64,000 nucleotides of DNA from the human T2T-CHM13v2.0 reference genome, Homo sapiens. The stretch lies in assembly GCF_009914755.1 (NCBI RefSeq), contig NC_060948.1; one strand, written 5' to 3'. Positions 13,647 to 30,592 of the stretch are shown here, piece after piece. Position 1 is the first letter of the stretch, and every line of letters begins with the position of its first letter. The translations under genes were made by a program, and so were the position numbers. The notes beneath the pieces are model-generated. The model had not been told where the DNA came from, did no database searches, and worked only from the letters and a program-made list of their open reading frames with translations.

Positions 13647-15970
13647 GTAATGTAAGAAGGAGTAAAATGATTTACTTTCAGGTATTATTGAGGCATTCAA
13701 CTTGTTTATACAAATTTCCTGAATAGCTGGTCATTTTAAATTAGTGAAGTGTACCTAAAATTTAAGGAAACACGTAGAAGTAGTGTAGAATGAAGACCTC
13801 TGTCTTATTTAGAAGTAATGAAGTAGTATTTTGAGAGGAATATACTTGGCAATAACTTTTCTGTAGAAGAGATTTCTGAGATGTGGTGTTCTCTTCTTTA
13901 TTTCTGGATGCAGTTTTCATCTTTACTGTGAAATAGCTGAATGAAACATCCAAACTGACTTTCATGAATTTTCTTAGGGAGATAGAGTGAAATAAATTTA
14001 TGCTGCACTTTTCAGAGCACAGAATCCCAATTACATTTTCATTTTAGCTGGCTGTTTGAAGATAGTAATGCTCTGGATCTCTTTTCATAGATACAAGTAT
14101 ATCTATGACCCATAATTACATCTATGGTAAGAAACTGAAAGAGGTAGTATCTTTGAGGTTTCCACGTTGCCAACTCCCGAAAATTTGGAGAAAGGTGAAG
14201 TTTCCAATATAAAAGTAACAAGAATGTCATGGACTAGAAACATAAAGTACTTAAGTTTTCCTTTCTGTTACTTTTATTATAATGAAAAAGGAGACAGCCG
14301 GATAAGTACTTCAATGTTGTATTTCTCATGTGTTTTTGAAAATGTGTAGGAATACATATAATACTTTCGGTGTCCTTTTTTTTTCTTTCTTTTTCTTTCT
14401 TTTTTTTTTTTAAGATGCCACCATAAGGTCCTGTTGGGGAGCAAAGGATTATGTTGTCCTTGACGTTAAGTGAATTAGCCAAACATAGATTTCCTGTTCA
14501 TTCTTGATTTTTTTCCATGTCATATATGCCTATAAATATTTTTAAGTGATTCTTTATATTAATTTTTTTGTTGTTGTTACTTTCTTGTTAACCCGATTAT
14601 AAACTCCCATGGGAGCAAGAGTGCCTTTTTTGCCCTCAGGTTTTTATGTGGTTAAGCAATGGCAGGTCCATATAATGACAGACTATATAATCAAAGAAAG
14701 GTAGTGTTCATGTGACTTTACAATTAGCATGTATCTGCATAGAATCTGCCTCTGGCTTTACCAGCAATAGAATATTTATAGAAGAGAAACAGAAATGCTT
14801 TGCTGTTAATGACGCTTAAATGAGAATAGGAGTAAACGAGAGTATTACCGCCAAATCACCGGAGCTGCTTTCCCCCTTATAACCAGTTCCTAAAGTGAAT
14901 GAAAGCAGCTCCCCTTATGTGTCTGCCTACTTTATTCTTTGGTAAGTTTAGCAGTTCATCTAGCTATTCTTTATTTGAAATGATTTCCGGATGCCTCCTC
15001 ATATAAATTGCTGACTTCTGGAAATATTCTTCTTCTGGAATGGGTAGATTTCTGATGTGGTTTAGTATATATATAAACCCCGTGAGCTTCTGGCGTCTAA
15101 TTTCTCTGATTCTGGTTACACTGATATTTAAAGTAGGGTTTGACATACTCCATCACTTAATGTTGATAACTAACCTTTATATTCTTCTTAGTTCGTTTTA
15201 TTTATGTGTTAGCTTAAAAGACATTTTCTTTGATGGAAAATGAAGTAACAAAATAATAGTGAAATAGTTCTGCGGTTGTCTCTAATTTCGTGATATTTTC
15301 CATGTACTTGAAACATGTATGGTATACCTCTTCTTTTTCCTTCTCTGAACAATGGCTAGAAAAAAAGCCTTACTTGTTTCTGTCATTTACTGTGAGCGAT
15401 TACTGAATCTGGGTGTATTCATGTATGCTGCTACCTGTATGTTTTCAGATAATAAAAATTTTTTGAAACATATAAGACATTATACTTTCTCTTGTCCAGT
15501 ATTGGATTATAGACTGCACTTAGTTTTTCGTAATGAAGTACAGACAAAGCCATAACATCTGTCAAACTATATATTGTCCTATAATATTGTCTGATACAAA
15601 ACAGTCTAGAAATATTCTGACAGGGAAATAGCAAATGTATTAATTTAACTTACCTTGCAATCTCTCTTAATGGAGCCTTACCACCAGTGTAAGAAATAAC
15701 TTCTGGGTGTGAATAAGTACACAGTATAAGGTAAACTTTGGTGAAATAGTCAATTCTTTTGTCATTAGTTCCCCCTTCACTCCCAAAGTGTAGCACTTGT
15801 CATAGAATCTTTCTTTCTTCATAAAGTCAGTCATTCATTTAGAATTCTGCATTATTGTATGTAGAAAAACAATATTTTACCTATTTTTGTTATATTCAGA
15901 ATTATATTTCTTTCTAATTTTAAAAAAATGGTTTACCGTATTCATTTTTTTCTGGAACCTTTCTTTTCAG

Positions 15971-16042
15971 GCATTTCCTGCTTATCCAAATTCACCATTT
16001 CAAGTCGCCACTGGATATCAGTTCCCTGTATACAATTATCAG
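15971..16042 (+). CDS. DAZ: DAZ exon 7, repeat 6 (D): AFPAYPNSPFQVATGYQFPVYNYQ
   Basis: 72 nt, identical to repeat 4. Confidence 0.95.
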
Positions 16043-18347
16043 GTAATGTCAGAGGGAGTAAAATGATTTGCTTTTAGGTATTATTGAGGCCTTTAACTTG
16101 TTCATACAAATTTCCTGAATAGTTGCTCATTTTAAACTAGTGAATTGTACCTAAAATTTAAGGAAACACTTAGTGTAGAATGAAGACCTCTGTGTTATTT
16201 AGAATAATGAGGTAGTATTTTGACAGGAATATACTTGGCAATAACTTTTCTGTAGAACAGATTTCTGAGATTTGGTGTTCTCTTCTTCATTTCTGGATGT
16301 AGTTTTCATCTTTACTGTCAAATAGCTAAATGAAACGTCCAAAGTGTCTTTCATGAATTTTCTTAGGGAGATAGACTGAAATAAAATTATGCTGCACTTT
16401 TCAGAGCACAGAATCCCAATTACATTTTCATTTTAGCTGGCTGTTTGACGATAGTAATGCTCTGGATCTCTTTTCATAGATACAAGTGTATCTGTGACCC
16501 ATAATTATATCTACGGTAATAAACTGAAAGAGCTAGTATCTTTGAGGTTTCCACATTGCGAAATCCCGAAAATGTGGAGAGAGCTGAAGTTTCCAATGTA
16601 AAAGTAACAAGAATGTCATGGACTAGAAACATAAAGTATTTGAGTTTTCCTTTCTGTTACTTTTATTACAATAAAAAAGGAGACAGCAGGATAAGTACTT
16701 TAATATTGTGTTTCTCATGTGTTTTTGAAAATGTGTAGTAATACTTCAATAGTTTTGGTTTCCTTTTATTTATTAATTGATTTTTTAAGATTCCACCTTA
16801 GGGGCCTGTTGGGTAGCAAAGGGATTATGTTGTCCTTGACATTAAGGGAATTAGCCAAACATAGACTTCCTGTTCATTCTTGATTTTTTTCCATGTCATA
16901 TATGCCTACAAATATTTTTAAGTGACTTTTTATGTTAATGTTTTTTTTGTTGTTGTTTCCTTCTTGTTAACCCGATTATAAACTCCCATGGCAGCAACAG
17001 TGCCTTTTTTGTCCTCAGGTTTTTATGTGCTTAAGCAATGGCAGGTCTACATAATGATAGACTATATAATCAAAGAAAGGGAGTATTCACGTGACTTTAG
17101 AATTAGCATGTGTCTGCACAGAATATGCCTCTGGCTTTACCAGCAGTAGAAAATTTATAGAAGAGAAACAGAAATGCTTTGCTGTTAATGACGCCTAAAT
17201 AAGAATAGGAGTAAAGGAGAGTATTACCTCCAACTCACCGGAGCTGCTTTCCCCCTTATAAGCAGTTCCTAAAGTGAATGAAAGCAGCTCTCCTTATGTG
17301 TCTGCCTACTTTATTCTTCGGTAAGTTTAGCAGTTTATCTAGCTATCCTTTATTTGAAATGATTGCCACATGCCTCCTCATATAAATGGCTGACTTCTGG
17401 ATATATTCTGGTTCTGGAATGGGCAGATTTCTGACGTGGTTTAGTATATATATATAAACCCGGTGAGTTTCTGGCATGTAATTTCTCTGATCGTGGTTAC
17501 ATTGATATTTAAAGTAGGGTTTGACATAGTGTGTCACTTACTGTTGATAAATATCGTTTATTTTCTTCTTAGTTCATTTCATTGATGTGTTAGCTTAAAA
17601 GACATTTTCTTTGACAGAAAATGAAGTAATGAAATAATAGTGAAATCGTTCTGCTGTGTCTCTAATTTGTTGATATTTTCCATGTACTTGAAACATGTAT
17701 GGTATACCTCTTCTTTTTCCTTCTCTGAACCATGGCTAGAAAAAAAGCCCTACTTGTTTCTCTCGTTTACTGTGAGGCATTAGTGATTCTGGGTGTATTC
17801 ATGTATGCTGCTAACTGTATGTTTTCAAACAATAAGAATTTGTTGAAACATGTCAGACATTATACTTTTTATTCTCCAGTATTGGAATATAGACTGCAAT
17901 TAGTTTTTTGGAATGAAATACAGACAAAGCCATAACATCTATAGAACTACATATTACCCTACAATATTGTCTGATACAAAACAGTCTGGAAATATTCTTA
18001 CAGCGAAATTGCAAATGTATTGATTTACCTTACATTGCAATCTGTCTTAGTGGAACCTTATCACCAGTGTAAGACATAATTTCTGGGTGTGAATAAGTAC
18101 ACAGTATAAGGTAAATTTTGGTGAAGTAGTCAGTTCTTTGTCATTTGTTCCCCCTTCACACCCAAAGTGTAGCACTTGACATAGAATCTTTCTTTCCTCA
18201 TAAAGTCATTCATTTGGAATTCTGCATTGTTGTATGTAGAAAAAGGATATTTTCCGTTTTGTAATATTTTTCTTATATTGGGAATTATATTTCTTTCTAA
18301 TTTTAAAATGTGGTTTACCATATTCATTTTTTCTGCAACCTTTTCAG

Positions 18348-18419
18348 GCATTTCCTGCTTATCCAAATTCACCAGTTCAGGTCACCACTGGATATCAGTT
18401 GCCTGTATACAATTATCAG
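18348..18419 (+). CDS. DAZ: DAZ exon 7, repeat 7 (E): AFPAYPNSPVQVTTGYQLPVYNYQ
   Basis: 72 nt, cag|GCA...CAG|gtaatg. Confidence 0.95.
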
Positions 18420-20732
18420 GTAATGTAAGAGGTAGTAAAATGGTTTGCTTTCAGGTATTATTGAGGCCTTTAACTTGTTTATAGAAATTTCCTGAATAGT
18501 TGGTCATTTTTAACTAGTGAAGTGTCCCTAAAATTTAAGGAAAGACTTAGTGTAGAATGAAGACCTCTGTCTTATTTAGAAGTAATGAAGTAATATTTTT
18601 ACAGGAATATCCTTGGCAATAACATTTGTGTAGAAGAGATTTCTGAGATTTGGTGTCCCCTTCTTCATTTGTGGATATAGTTTTCATCTTTGCTGTCAAA
18701 TAGCTGAATGAAACATCCAAACTGACTTTCATGAATTTTTTTAGGGAGATAGAGTGAAATAAAATTATGATCCACTTTTCAGAGCACAGAATTCCAATTA
18801 TATTTTCATTTTAGCTGGCTGTTTGACGGTAGTCATTCTCAGGATCTCTTCTCATAGATACAAGTATATCTATGACCCATAACTATATCTATGGTAATAA
18901 ACTGAAAGAGCTAGTATTTTTGAGGTTTCCACATTGCCAACTCCCAAAAATTTGGAGAAAGGTGAAGATTCAAATTTAAAGTAACAAGAATGTCATGGAC
19001 AAGAAACATAAAGTACTTAAGTTTTCCTTTCTGTTACTTTTATTATAATAAAAAAGGAGACAGCGGAATAAGTACTTCAATACTGTGTTTCTCATGTGTG
19101 TTTGAAAATATGTAGGAATAGTTTAATAGTTTTGGTTTCCTTTTTTTTTTTTTTTTTTTTAAAGATGCCACCTTAGGGGCCTGTTGGGGAGCAAAGGGAT
19201 TATGTTGTCCTTGACGTTAAGGGAATTAGCCAAACATAGACTTCCTGTTCATTCTTGATTTTTTTTCCATGTCATATATGCCTATAAATATTTTTAAGTG
19301 ACTCTTTATATTAATGTTTGTTGTTGTTGTTGTTACTTTCTTGTTAACCCGAGTATAAACTCCCATGGCAGCAACAGTGCCTTTTTTGCCCTCAGGGTTT
19401 TATGTGCTTAAGCAATGGCAGCTCCACATAATGATAGACTATATAATCAAAGAAAGGTAATATTCACGTGACTTTAGAATTAGCATGTAGCTGCATAGAA
19501 TCTGCCTCTGGCTTTACCAGCAGTAGTAAATTTATAGAAGAGAAACAGAAATGCTTTGCTGTTAATTATGCTTAAATAAGAATAGAAGTAAAGGAGAGTA
19601 TTACCTGCAAATCACCAGAGCAGCTTTCCCCCGTATAAGCAGTTCCTAAAGTGAATGAAAGCAGCTCTCCTTATGTGTCTGCCTACTTTATTCTTCCGTA
19701 AGTTTAGCAATTCATCTAGCTATCCTTTATTTGAAATGATTTCCAGATGCCTCCTCATATAAATTGCTGACTTCTGGATATATTCTGGTTCTGGAATGGG
19801 TAGATTTCTGATGTGATTTAGTATATATATATAAACCGCTTGAGTTTCTGGCATCTAATTTCTCTGATCCTGGTGACATTGATATTTAAAGTAGGGTTTG
19901 ACATACTCTATCACTTACTGTTGATAAATAACGTTTATATTCTTCTTAGTTCATTTCATTGATGTGTTAGCTTAAAAGACATTTTCTTTGATGGAAAATG
20001 TAGTAACAAAATAATAGTGAAATAGTTCTGCAGTGTTTCTAATTTGTTGATATTTTCCATGTACTTGAAACATGTATGGTATACCTCTTATTTTTCCTTC
20101 TCTGAACAATGGGTAGAAGAAAAGCTCTACTTGTTACTGTCATTTACTGTGAGCCGTTACTGAATCTGGGTGTATTCATGTATGCTACTGCCTGTATGTT
20201 TTCAAACAATAAGCATTTATTGAAACATATAAGACATTATACTTCCTCTTCTCCAGTATTGGATTATAGACTGCACTTAGTTTTTTGGAATGAAGTACAG
20301 ACAAAGCCATAACATCTATAGAACTACATATTACCCTATAATATTGTCTGATACAAAACAGTCTAGAAATATTCTTACAGCAAAATTGCAAATGTATTAA
20401 TTTAACTTACATTGCAATCTGTCTTAATGGAGCCTTATCACCAGTGTAAGAAATAACTTCTGGGTGTGAATAAGTACACAGTATAAGGTAAACTTTGGTG
20501 AAGTAGTCAATTCTTTTTTTTTTTTAAATTATGCTTTAAGTTTTAGGGTCCATGTGCACATTGTGCAGGTTAGTTCCATATGTATACATGTGCCATGCTG
20601 GTGCTCTGCACCCTCTAACTCCTCATCTAGCATTAGGTATATCTCCCAGTGCTATCCCTCCCCCCTCCCCCCACCCCACAACAGTCCCCAGAGTGTGATA
20701 TATCCCTTCCTGTGTCCATGTGATCTCATTGT

Positions 20733-24560
<3,828 letters not shown>

Positions 24561-24623
24561 TATGATGTTAGCTGGTTATTTTGCTTGTTAGTTGATGCAG
24601 TTTCTTCCTAGTCTCGATGGTCT

Positions 24624-25644
24624 TTACATTTTGGCATGATTTTGCAGCGGCTGGTACCGGTTGTTCCTTTCCATGTTTAGTGCTTCCTTCAGGAGCTCTT
24701 ATAAGGCAGGCTTGGTGGTGACAAAATCTCTCAGCATTTGCTTGTCTGTAAAGTATTTTATTTCTCCTTCGCTTATGAAGCTTAGTTTGGCTGGATATGA
24801 AATTCTGGGTTGAAAATTATTTTCTTTAAGAATGTTGAATATTGGCCCCCACTCTCTTCTGGCTTGTAGGGTTTCTGCCGAGAGATCCACTGTTAGTCTG
24901 ATGGGCTTCCCTTTGAGGGTAACCCGACCTTTCTCTCTGGCTGCCCTTAACATTTTTTCCTTCATTTCAACTTTGGTGAATCTGACAATTATGTGTCTTG
25001 GAGTTGCTCTTCTCGAGGAGTATCTTTGTGGTGTTCTCTGTATTTCCTGAATCTGAACGTTGGCCTGCCTTGCTAGATTGGGGAAGTTCTCCTGGATAAT
25101 ATCCTGCAGAGTGTTTTCCAGCTTGGTTCCATTCTCCCGATCACTTTCAGGTACACCAAGCAGACGTAGATTTGGTCTTTTCACATAGTCCCATATTTCT
25201 TGGAGGCTTTGCTCATTTCGTTTTATTCTTTTTTCTCCAAACTTCCCTTCTCACTTCATTTCATTCATTTCATCTTCCATTGCTGATACCCTTTCTTCCA
25301 GTTGATCGCATCAGCTCCTGAGGCTTCTGCATTCTTCACGTAGTTCTTGAGCCTTGGTTTTCAGCTCCATCAGCTCCTTTAAGCACTTCTCTGTATTGGT
25401 TATTCTAGTTATACATTCTTCTACATTTTTTTTTTCCAAAGTTTTCAACTTCTTTGCCTTTGGTTTGAATGTCCTCCCGTAGCTCAGAGTAATTTGATCG
25501 TCTGAAGCCTTCTTCTCTCAGCTCGTCAAAGTCATTCTCCATCCAGCTTTGTTCCGTTGCTGGTGAGGAACTGCGTTCCTTTGGAGGAGGAGAGGTGCTC
25601 TGCTTTTTAGAGTTTCCAGTTTTTCTGTTCTGTTTTTTCCCCCT
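24624..25644 (-). pseudogene. L1 ORF1, disrupted
   Basis: Start codon ATG mutated to AGG (25644-25642); expanded A-run near 25426-25435; premature TAA at 24699-24701; fragment visible as ORF 24699..25184. Confidence 0.92.
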
Positions 25645-26551
25645 CTTTGTGGTTTTATCTACTTTTGGTCTTTGATGATGGTGATGTACAGATGGGTTTT
25701 TGGTGTGGATGTCCTTTCTGTTTGTTAGTTTTCCTTCTAACTGAGAGGACCCTCAGCTGCAGGTCTGTTGGAATACCCTGCCGTGTGAGGTGTCAGTGTG
25801 CCCCTGCTGGGGGGTGCCTCCCAGTTAGGCTGCTCGGGGGGTCAGGGGTCAGGGACCCACTTGAGGAGGCAGTCTGCCCGTTCTCAGATCTCCAGCTGCG
25901 TGCTGGGAGAACCACTGCTCTCTTCAAAGCTGTCAGACAGGGTCATTTAAGTCTGCAGAGGTTACTGCTGTCTTTTTGTTTGTCTGTGCCCTGCCCCTAG
26001 AGGTGGAGCCTACAGAGGCAGGCAGGCCTCCTTGAGCTGTGGTGGGCTCCACCCAGTTGGAGCTTCCCTGCGGCTTTGTTTACCTAATCAAGCCTGGGCA
26101 ATGGCGGGCGCCCCTCCCCCAGCCTCGTTGCCGCCTTGCAGTTTGATCTCAGACTGCTGTGCTAGCAATCAGTGAGACTGCGTGGGCGTAGGACCCTCCG
26201 AGCCAGGTGCGGGATATAATCTAGTGGTGTGCCGTTTTTTAAGCCCGTCGGAAAAGCGCAGTATTCGGGTGGGAGTGACCCGATTCTCCAGGTGGCATCC
26301 GTCACCCCTTTCTTTGACTCAGAAGGGAACTCCCTGACCGCTTGCGCGTCCCAAGTGAGGCAATGCCTCGCCCTGCTTCCGCTCGCACGCGGTGAGCCCA
26401 CCCACTGACCTGCGCCCACTGTCTGGCACTCCCTAGTGAGATGAACCCGGTACCTCAGATGGAAATGCAGAAATCACCCGTCTTCGGCGTCGCTCACGCT
26501 GGGAGCTGTAGACTGGAGCTGTTCCTATTCGGCCATCTTGGCTCCTCCCCC
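25645..26551. promoter_or_regulatory. L1 5'UTR with CpG-rich sense promoter (- strand) and antisense promoter (+ strand, same direction as DAZ)
   Basis: The most CpG-rich stretch in the window; YY1-type CAAGATGGC site near the 5' end; bidirectional promoter is established for primate L1; activity here is not shown. Confidence 0.7.
26101..26175 (+). pseudogene. L1 ORF0, truncated to 24 aa: MAGAPPPASLPPCSLISDCCASNQ*
   Basis: Matches the ORF0 N-terminus; codon 25 is TGA (CGA-to-TGA CpG decay inferred). Confidence 0.85.
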
Positions 26552-28136
26552 ACCCCCCTTTTTTTTTCAAGATGCCACCATAGGGGCCTGTTGGGGAGCA
26601 AAGGGATTATGTTTTCCTTGATGTTAAGTGAATTAGCCAAACATAGACTTCCTGTTCATTCTTGGTTTTTTTCCACGTCGTATATGCCTATTACTATTTT
26701 TAAGTGATTTTTATATCAATGTTTTAGTTTATTTTTTTACTTTCTTGTTAACCCGATTATAAACTCCCATGGGAGCAACAGTGCCTTTTTTGCCCTGAGG
26801 TTTTTATTTGCTTAAGCAATGGCAGGTCCACTTAATGATAGACCATATCATCAAAGAAAGGTAGTATTCATGTGGCTTTTGAATTAGCATGCATCTGCGT
26901 AGATTCTGCCTCTGGCTTTACCAGCAACAGAAAATTTGTAGAACAGAGACAGAAATGCTTTGCTGTTAATTGCGCTTAAATAAGAATAGGAGTAAACGAG
27001 AGTATTACCTCCAAAGCACCAGAGCTGCTTTCCTCCTTATAACCAGTTCCTAAAGTGAATGAAAGCAGCTCTCCTTATGTGTCTGCCTACTTCATTCTTC
27101 GGTAAGTTTAACAGTTCATCTAGCTACCCTTTATTTGAAATGATTTCCAGATGCCTCCTCATATAAATTGCTGACTTCTGGATATATTCTGGTTCGGGAA
27201 TGGGTAGATTTCTGATGTGGTTTAGTAGGTATATAAATCCCGTGAGCTTCTTGCATCTAATTTCTCTGATCCTGCTTACACTGATATTTAAAGTAGGTTT
27301 TGACATACTCCATCACTTAATGTTGATAAAGGACGTTTATATTCTTCTTAGTTCGTTTTATTTATGTGTTAGCTTTAAAGACATTTTCTGTGACGGAAAG
27401 TGAAGTAACAAAATAATAGTCGAATAGTTCTGCCGTGTCTCTAATTTGTTGATATTTTCCATGTACTTGAAACATGTATGGTACACCTCTTCTTTTTCCT
27501 TCTCTGAACAATGGCTAGAAAAAAAACCCTACTTCTTTCTGTCATTTACTGTGAGGCATTACTGAATCTGGGTGTATTCATGTATGCTGCTACCTGTATG
27601 TTTTCAAACAATAAGAATTTATTGAAACATATAAGACATTATACTTTCTCTTCTCCAGTATTGGATTATAGACTGCACTTAGTTTTCCGGAATGAAGTAC
27701 AGACAAAGCCATAACGCGTGTACAACTACACATTGTCCTATAATATTGTCTGATAAAAAACAGTGTAGAAATATTCTGACAGGGAAATAGCAAATGTATT
27801 AATTTAACTTACCTTGCAATCTCTCTTAATGGAGCCTTATCACCAGTGTAAGAAATAACGTCTGGGTGTGAATACGTACACAGTATAAGGTAAACTTTGG
27901 TGAAGTCGTCAATTCTTTTGTCATTTCTTCCCCCTTCACAGCCAAAGTGTAGCACTTGACATGGAATCTTTCTTTCTTCATAAATCAGTCATTCATTTGG
28001 AATTCTGCATTGTTGTATGTAGAAAAACGATATTTTCCCTTCTGTAATATTGTTGTTATATTGGGAATTATATTTCTTTGTAATTTTAAAAAGTGGTTTA
28101 CCATATTCATTTTTTTCTGCCAACCTTTCTTTTCAG

Positions 28137-28208
28137 GCATTTCCTGCTTATCCAAGTTCACCATTTCAGGTCACCACTGGATATCAGTTGCCTGTATATA
28201 ATTATCAG
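28137..28208 (+). CDS. DAZ: DAZ exon 7, repeat 8 (F1): AFPAYPSSPFQVTTGYQLPVYNYQ
   Basis: 72 nt, cag|GCA...CAG|gtaatg. Confidence 0.95.
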
Positions 28209-30520
28209 GTAATGTAAGAAGGAGTAAAATTATTTGCTTTCAGGTATTATTGAGGCCTTTAACTTGTTTATACAAATTTCCGGAATAGTTGGTCATTTTA
28301 AACTAGTGAAGTGTACCTAAAATTTAAGGAAACACTTAGAATTAGTGTAGAATGAAGACCTCTGTCTTATTGAGAAGTAATGAAGTCGAATTTTGACAGG
28401 AATATACTTGGGAATAACTTTCCTGTAGAACAGATTTCTGAGATTTGGTGTCCCATTCTTCATTTCTGGATGTAGTTTTCATCTTTACTGTCAAATAACT
28501 GAATGAAACATCCAAACTGACTTTCATGAATTTTCTTAGGGAGATAGAGTGAAATAAAATTATGACCCACTTTTCAGAGCACAGAATTCCAACTATATTT
28601 TCATTTTAGCTGGCTGTTTCACGATAGCAATTCTCTGGGTCTCTTTTCACAGATACAAGTACATCTATGCCCAATAATTATATCTATGGTAATAAACTGA
28701 AAGAGCTAGTATCTTTGAGGTTTCCACATTGCCAACTCCCGAAAATGTGGAGAAGGGTGAAGTTTCTAATATAAAAGTAACAAGAATGTCATGGAGTAGA
28801 AACATAAAGTACTCAAGTTTTCCTTTCTGTTACTTGTATTATAATAAAAAAGGAGACAGCAGGATAAGTGCTTCAATATTGTGTTTCTCATGTGTTTTTG
28901 AAAATGTGTAGGAATATTTTAATAGTTTTGGTTTCCTTTTTTTTTTTTTTTTAAGATGCCACCATAGGGGCCTGTTGGGGAGCAAAGGGATTATGTTTTC
29001 CTTGATGTTAAGTGAATTAGCCAAACATAGACTTCCTGTTCATTCTTGGTTTTTTTCCACGTCGTATATGCCTATTACTATTTTTAAGTGATTTTTATAT
29101 CAATGTTTTAGTTTATTTTTTTACTTTCTTGTTAACCCGATTATAAACTCCCATGGGAGCAACAGTGCCTTTTTTGCCCTGAGGTTTTTATTTGCTTAAG
29201 CAATGGCAGGTCCACTTAATGATAGACCATATCATCAAAGAAAGGTAGTATTCATGTGGCTTTTGAATTAGCATGCATCTGCGTAGATTCTGCCTCTGGC
29301 TTTACCAGCAACAGAAAATTTGTAGAACAGAGACAGAAATGCTTTGCTGTTAATTGCGCTTAAATAAGAATAGGAGTAAACGAGAGTATTACCTCCAAAG
29401 CACCAGAGCTGCTTTCCTCCTTATAACCAGTTCCTAAAGTGAATGAAAGCAGCTCTCCTTATGTGTCTGCCTACTTCATTCTTCGGTAAGTTTAACAGTT
29501 CATCTAGCTACCCTTTATTTGAAATGATTTCCAGATGCCTCCTCATATAAATTGCTGACTTCTGGATATATTCTGGTTCGGGAATGGGTAGATTTCTGAT
29601 GTGGTTTAGTAGGTATATAAATCCCGTGAGCTTCTTGCATCTAATTTCTCTGATCCTGCTTACACTGATATTTAAAGTAGGTTTTGACATACTCCATCAC
29701 TTAATGTTGATAAAGGACGTTTATATTCTTCTTAGTTCGTTTTATTTATGTGTTAGCTTTAAAGACATTTTCTTTGACGGAAAGTGAAGTAACAAAATAA
29801 TAGTCGAATAGTTCTGCCGTGTCTCTAATTTGTTGATATTTTCCATGTACTTGAAACATGTATGGTACACCTCTTCTTTTTCCTTCTCTGAACAATGGCT
29901 AGAAAAAAAACCCTACTTCTTTCTGTCATTTACTGTGAGGCATTACTGAATCTGGGTGTATTCATGTATGCTGCTACCTGTATGTTTTCAAACAATAAGA
30001 ATTCATTGAAACATATAAGACATTATACTTTCTCTTCTCCAGTATTGGATTATAGACTGCACTTAGTTTTCCGGAATGAAGTACAGACAAAGCCATAACG
30101 CGTGTACAACTACACATTGTCCTATAATATTGTCTGATAAAAAACAGTGTAGAAATATTCTGACAGGGAAATAGCAAATGTATTAATTTAACTTACCTTG
30201 CAATCTCTCTTAATGGAGCCTTATCACCAGTGTAAGAAATAACGTCTGGGTGTGAATACGTACACAGTATAAGGTAAACTTTGGTGAAGTCGTCAATTCT
30301 TTTGTCATTTCTTCCCCCTTCACACCCAAAGTGTAGCACTTGACATGGAATCTTTCTTTCTTCATAAATCAGTCATTCATTTGGAATTCTGCATTGTTGT
30401 ATGTAGAAAAACGATATTTTCCCTTCTGTAATATTGTTGTTATATTGGGAATTATATTTCTTTGTAATTTTAAAAAGTGGTTTACCATATTCATTTTTTT
30501 CTGCCAACCTTTCTTTTCAG

Positions 30521-30592
30521 GCATTTCCTGCTTATCCAAGTTCACCATTTCAGGTCACCACTGGATATCAGTTGCCTGTATATAATTATCAG
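30521..30592 (+). CDS. DAZ: DAZ exon 7, repeat 9 (F2)
   Basis: Identical to F1, +2384 bp. Confidence 0.94.

Noticed and set aside
26101-26320. ORF0-DAZ fusion protein
   Set aside because: ORF0 stops at codon 25, upstream of its splice donors.
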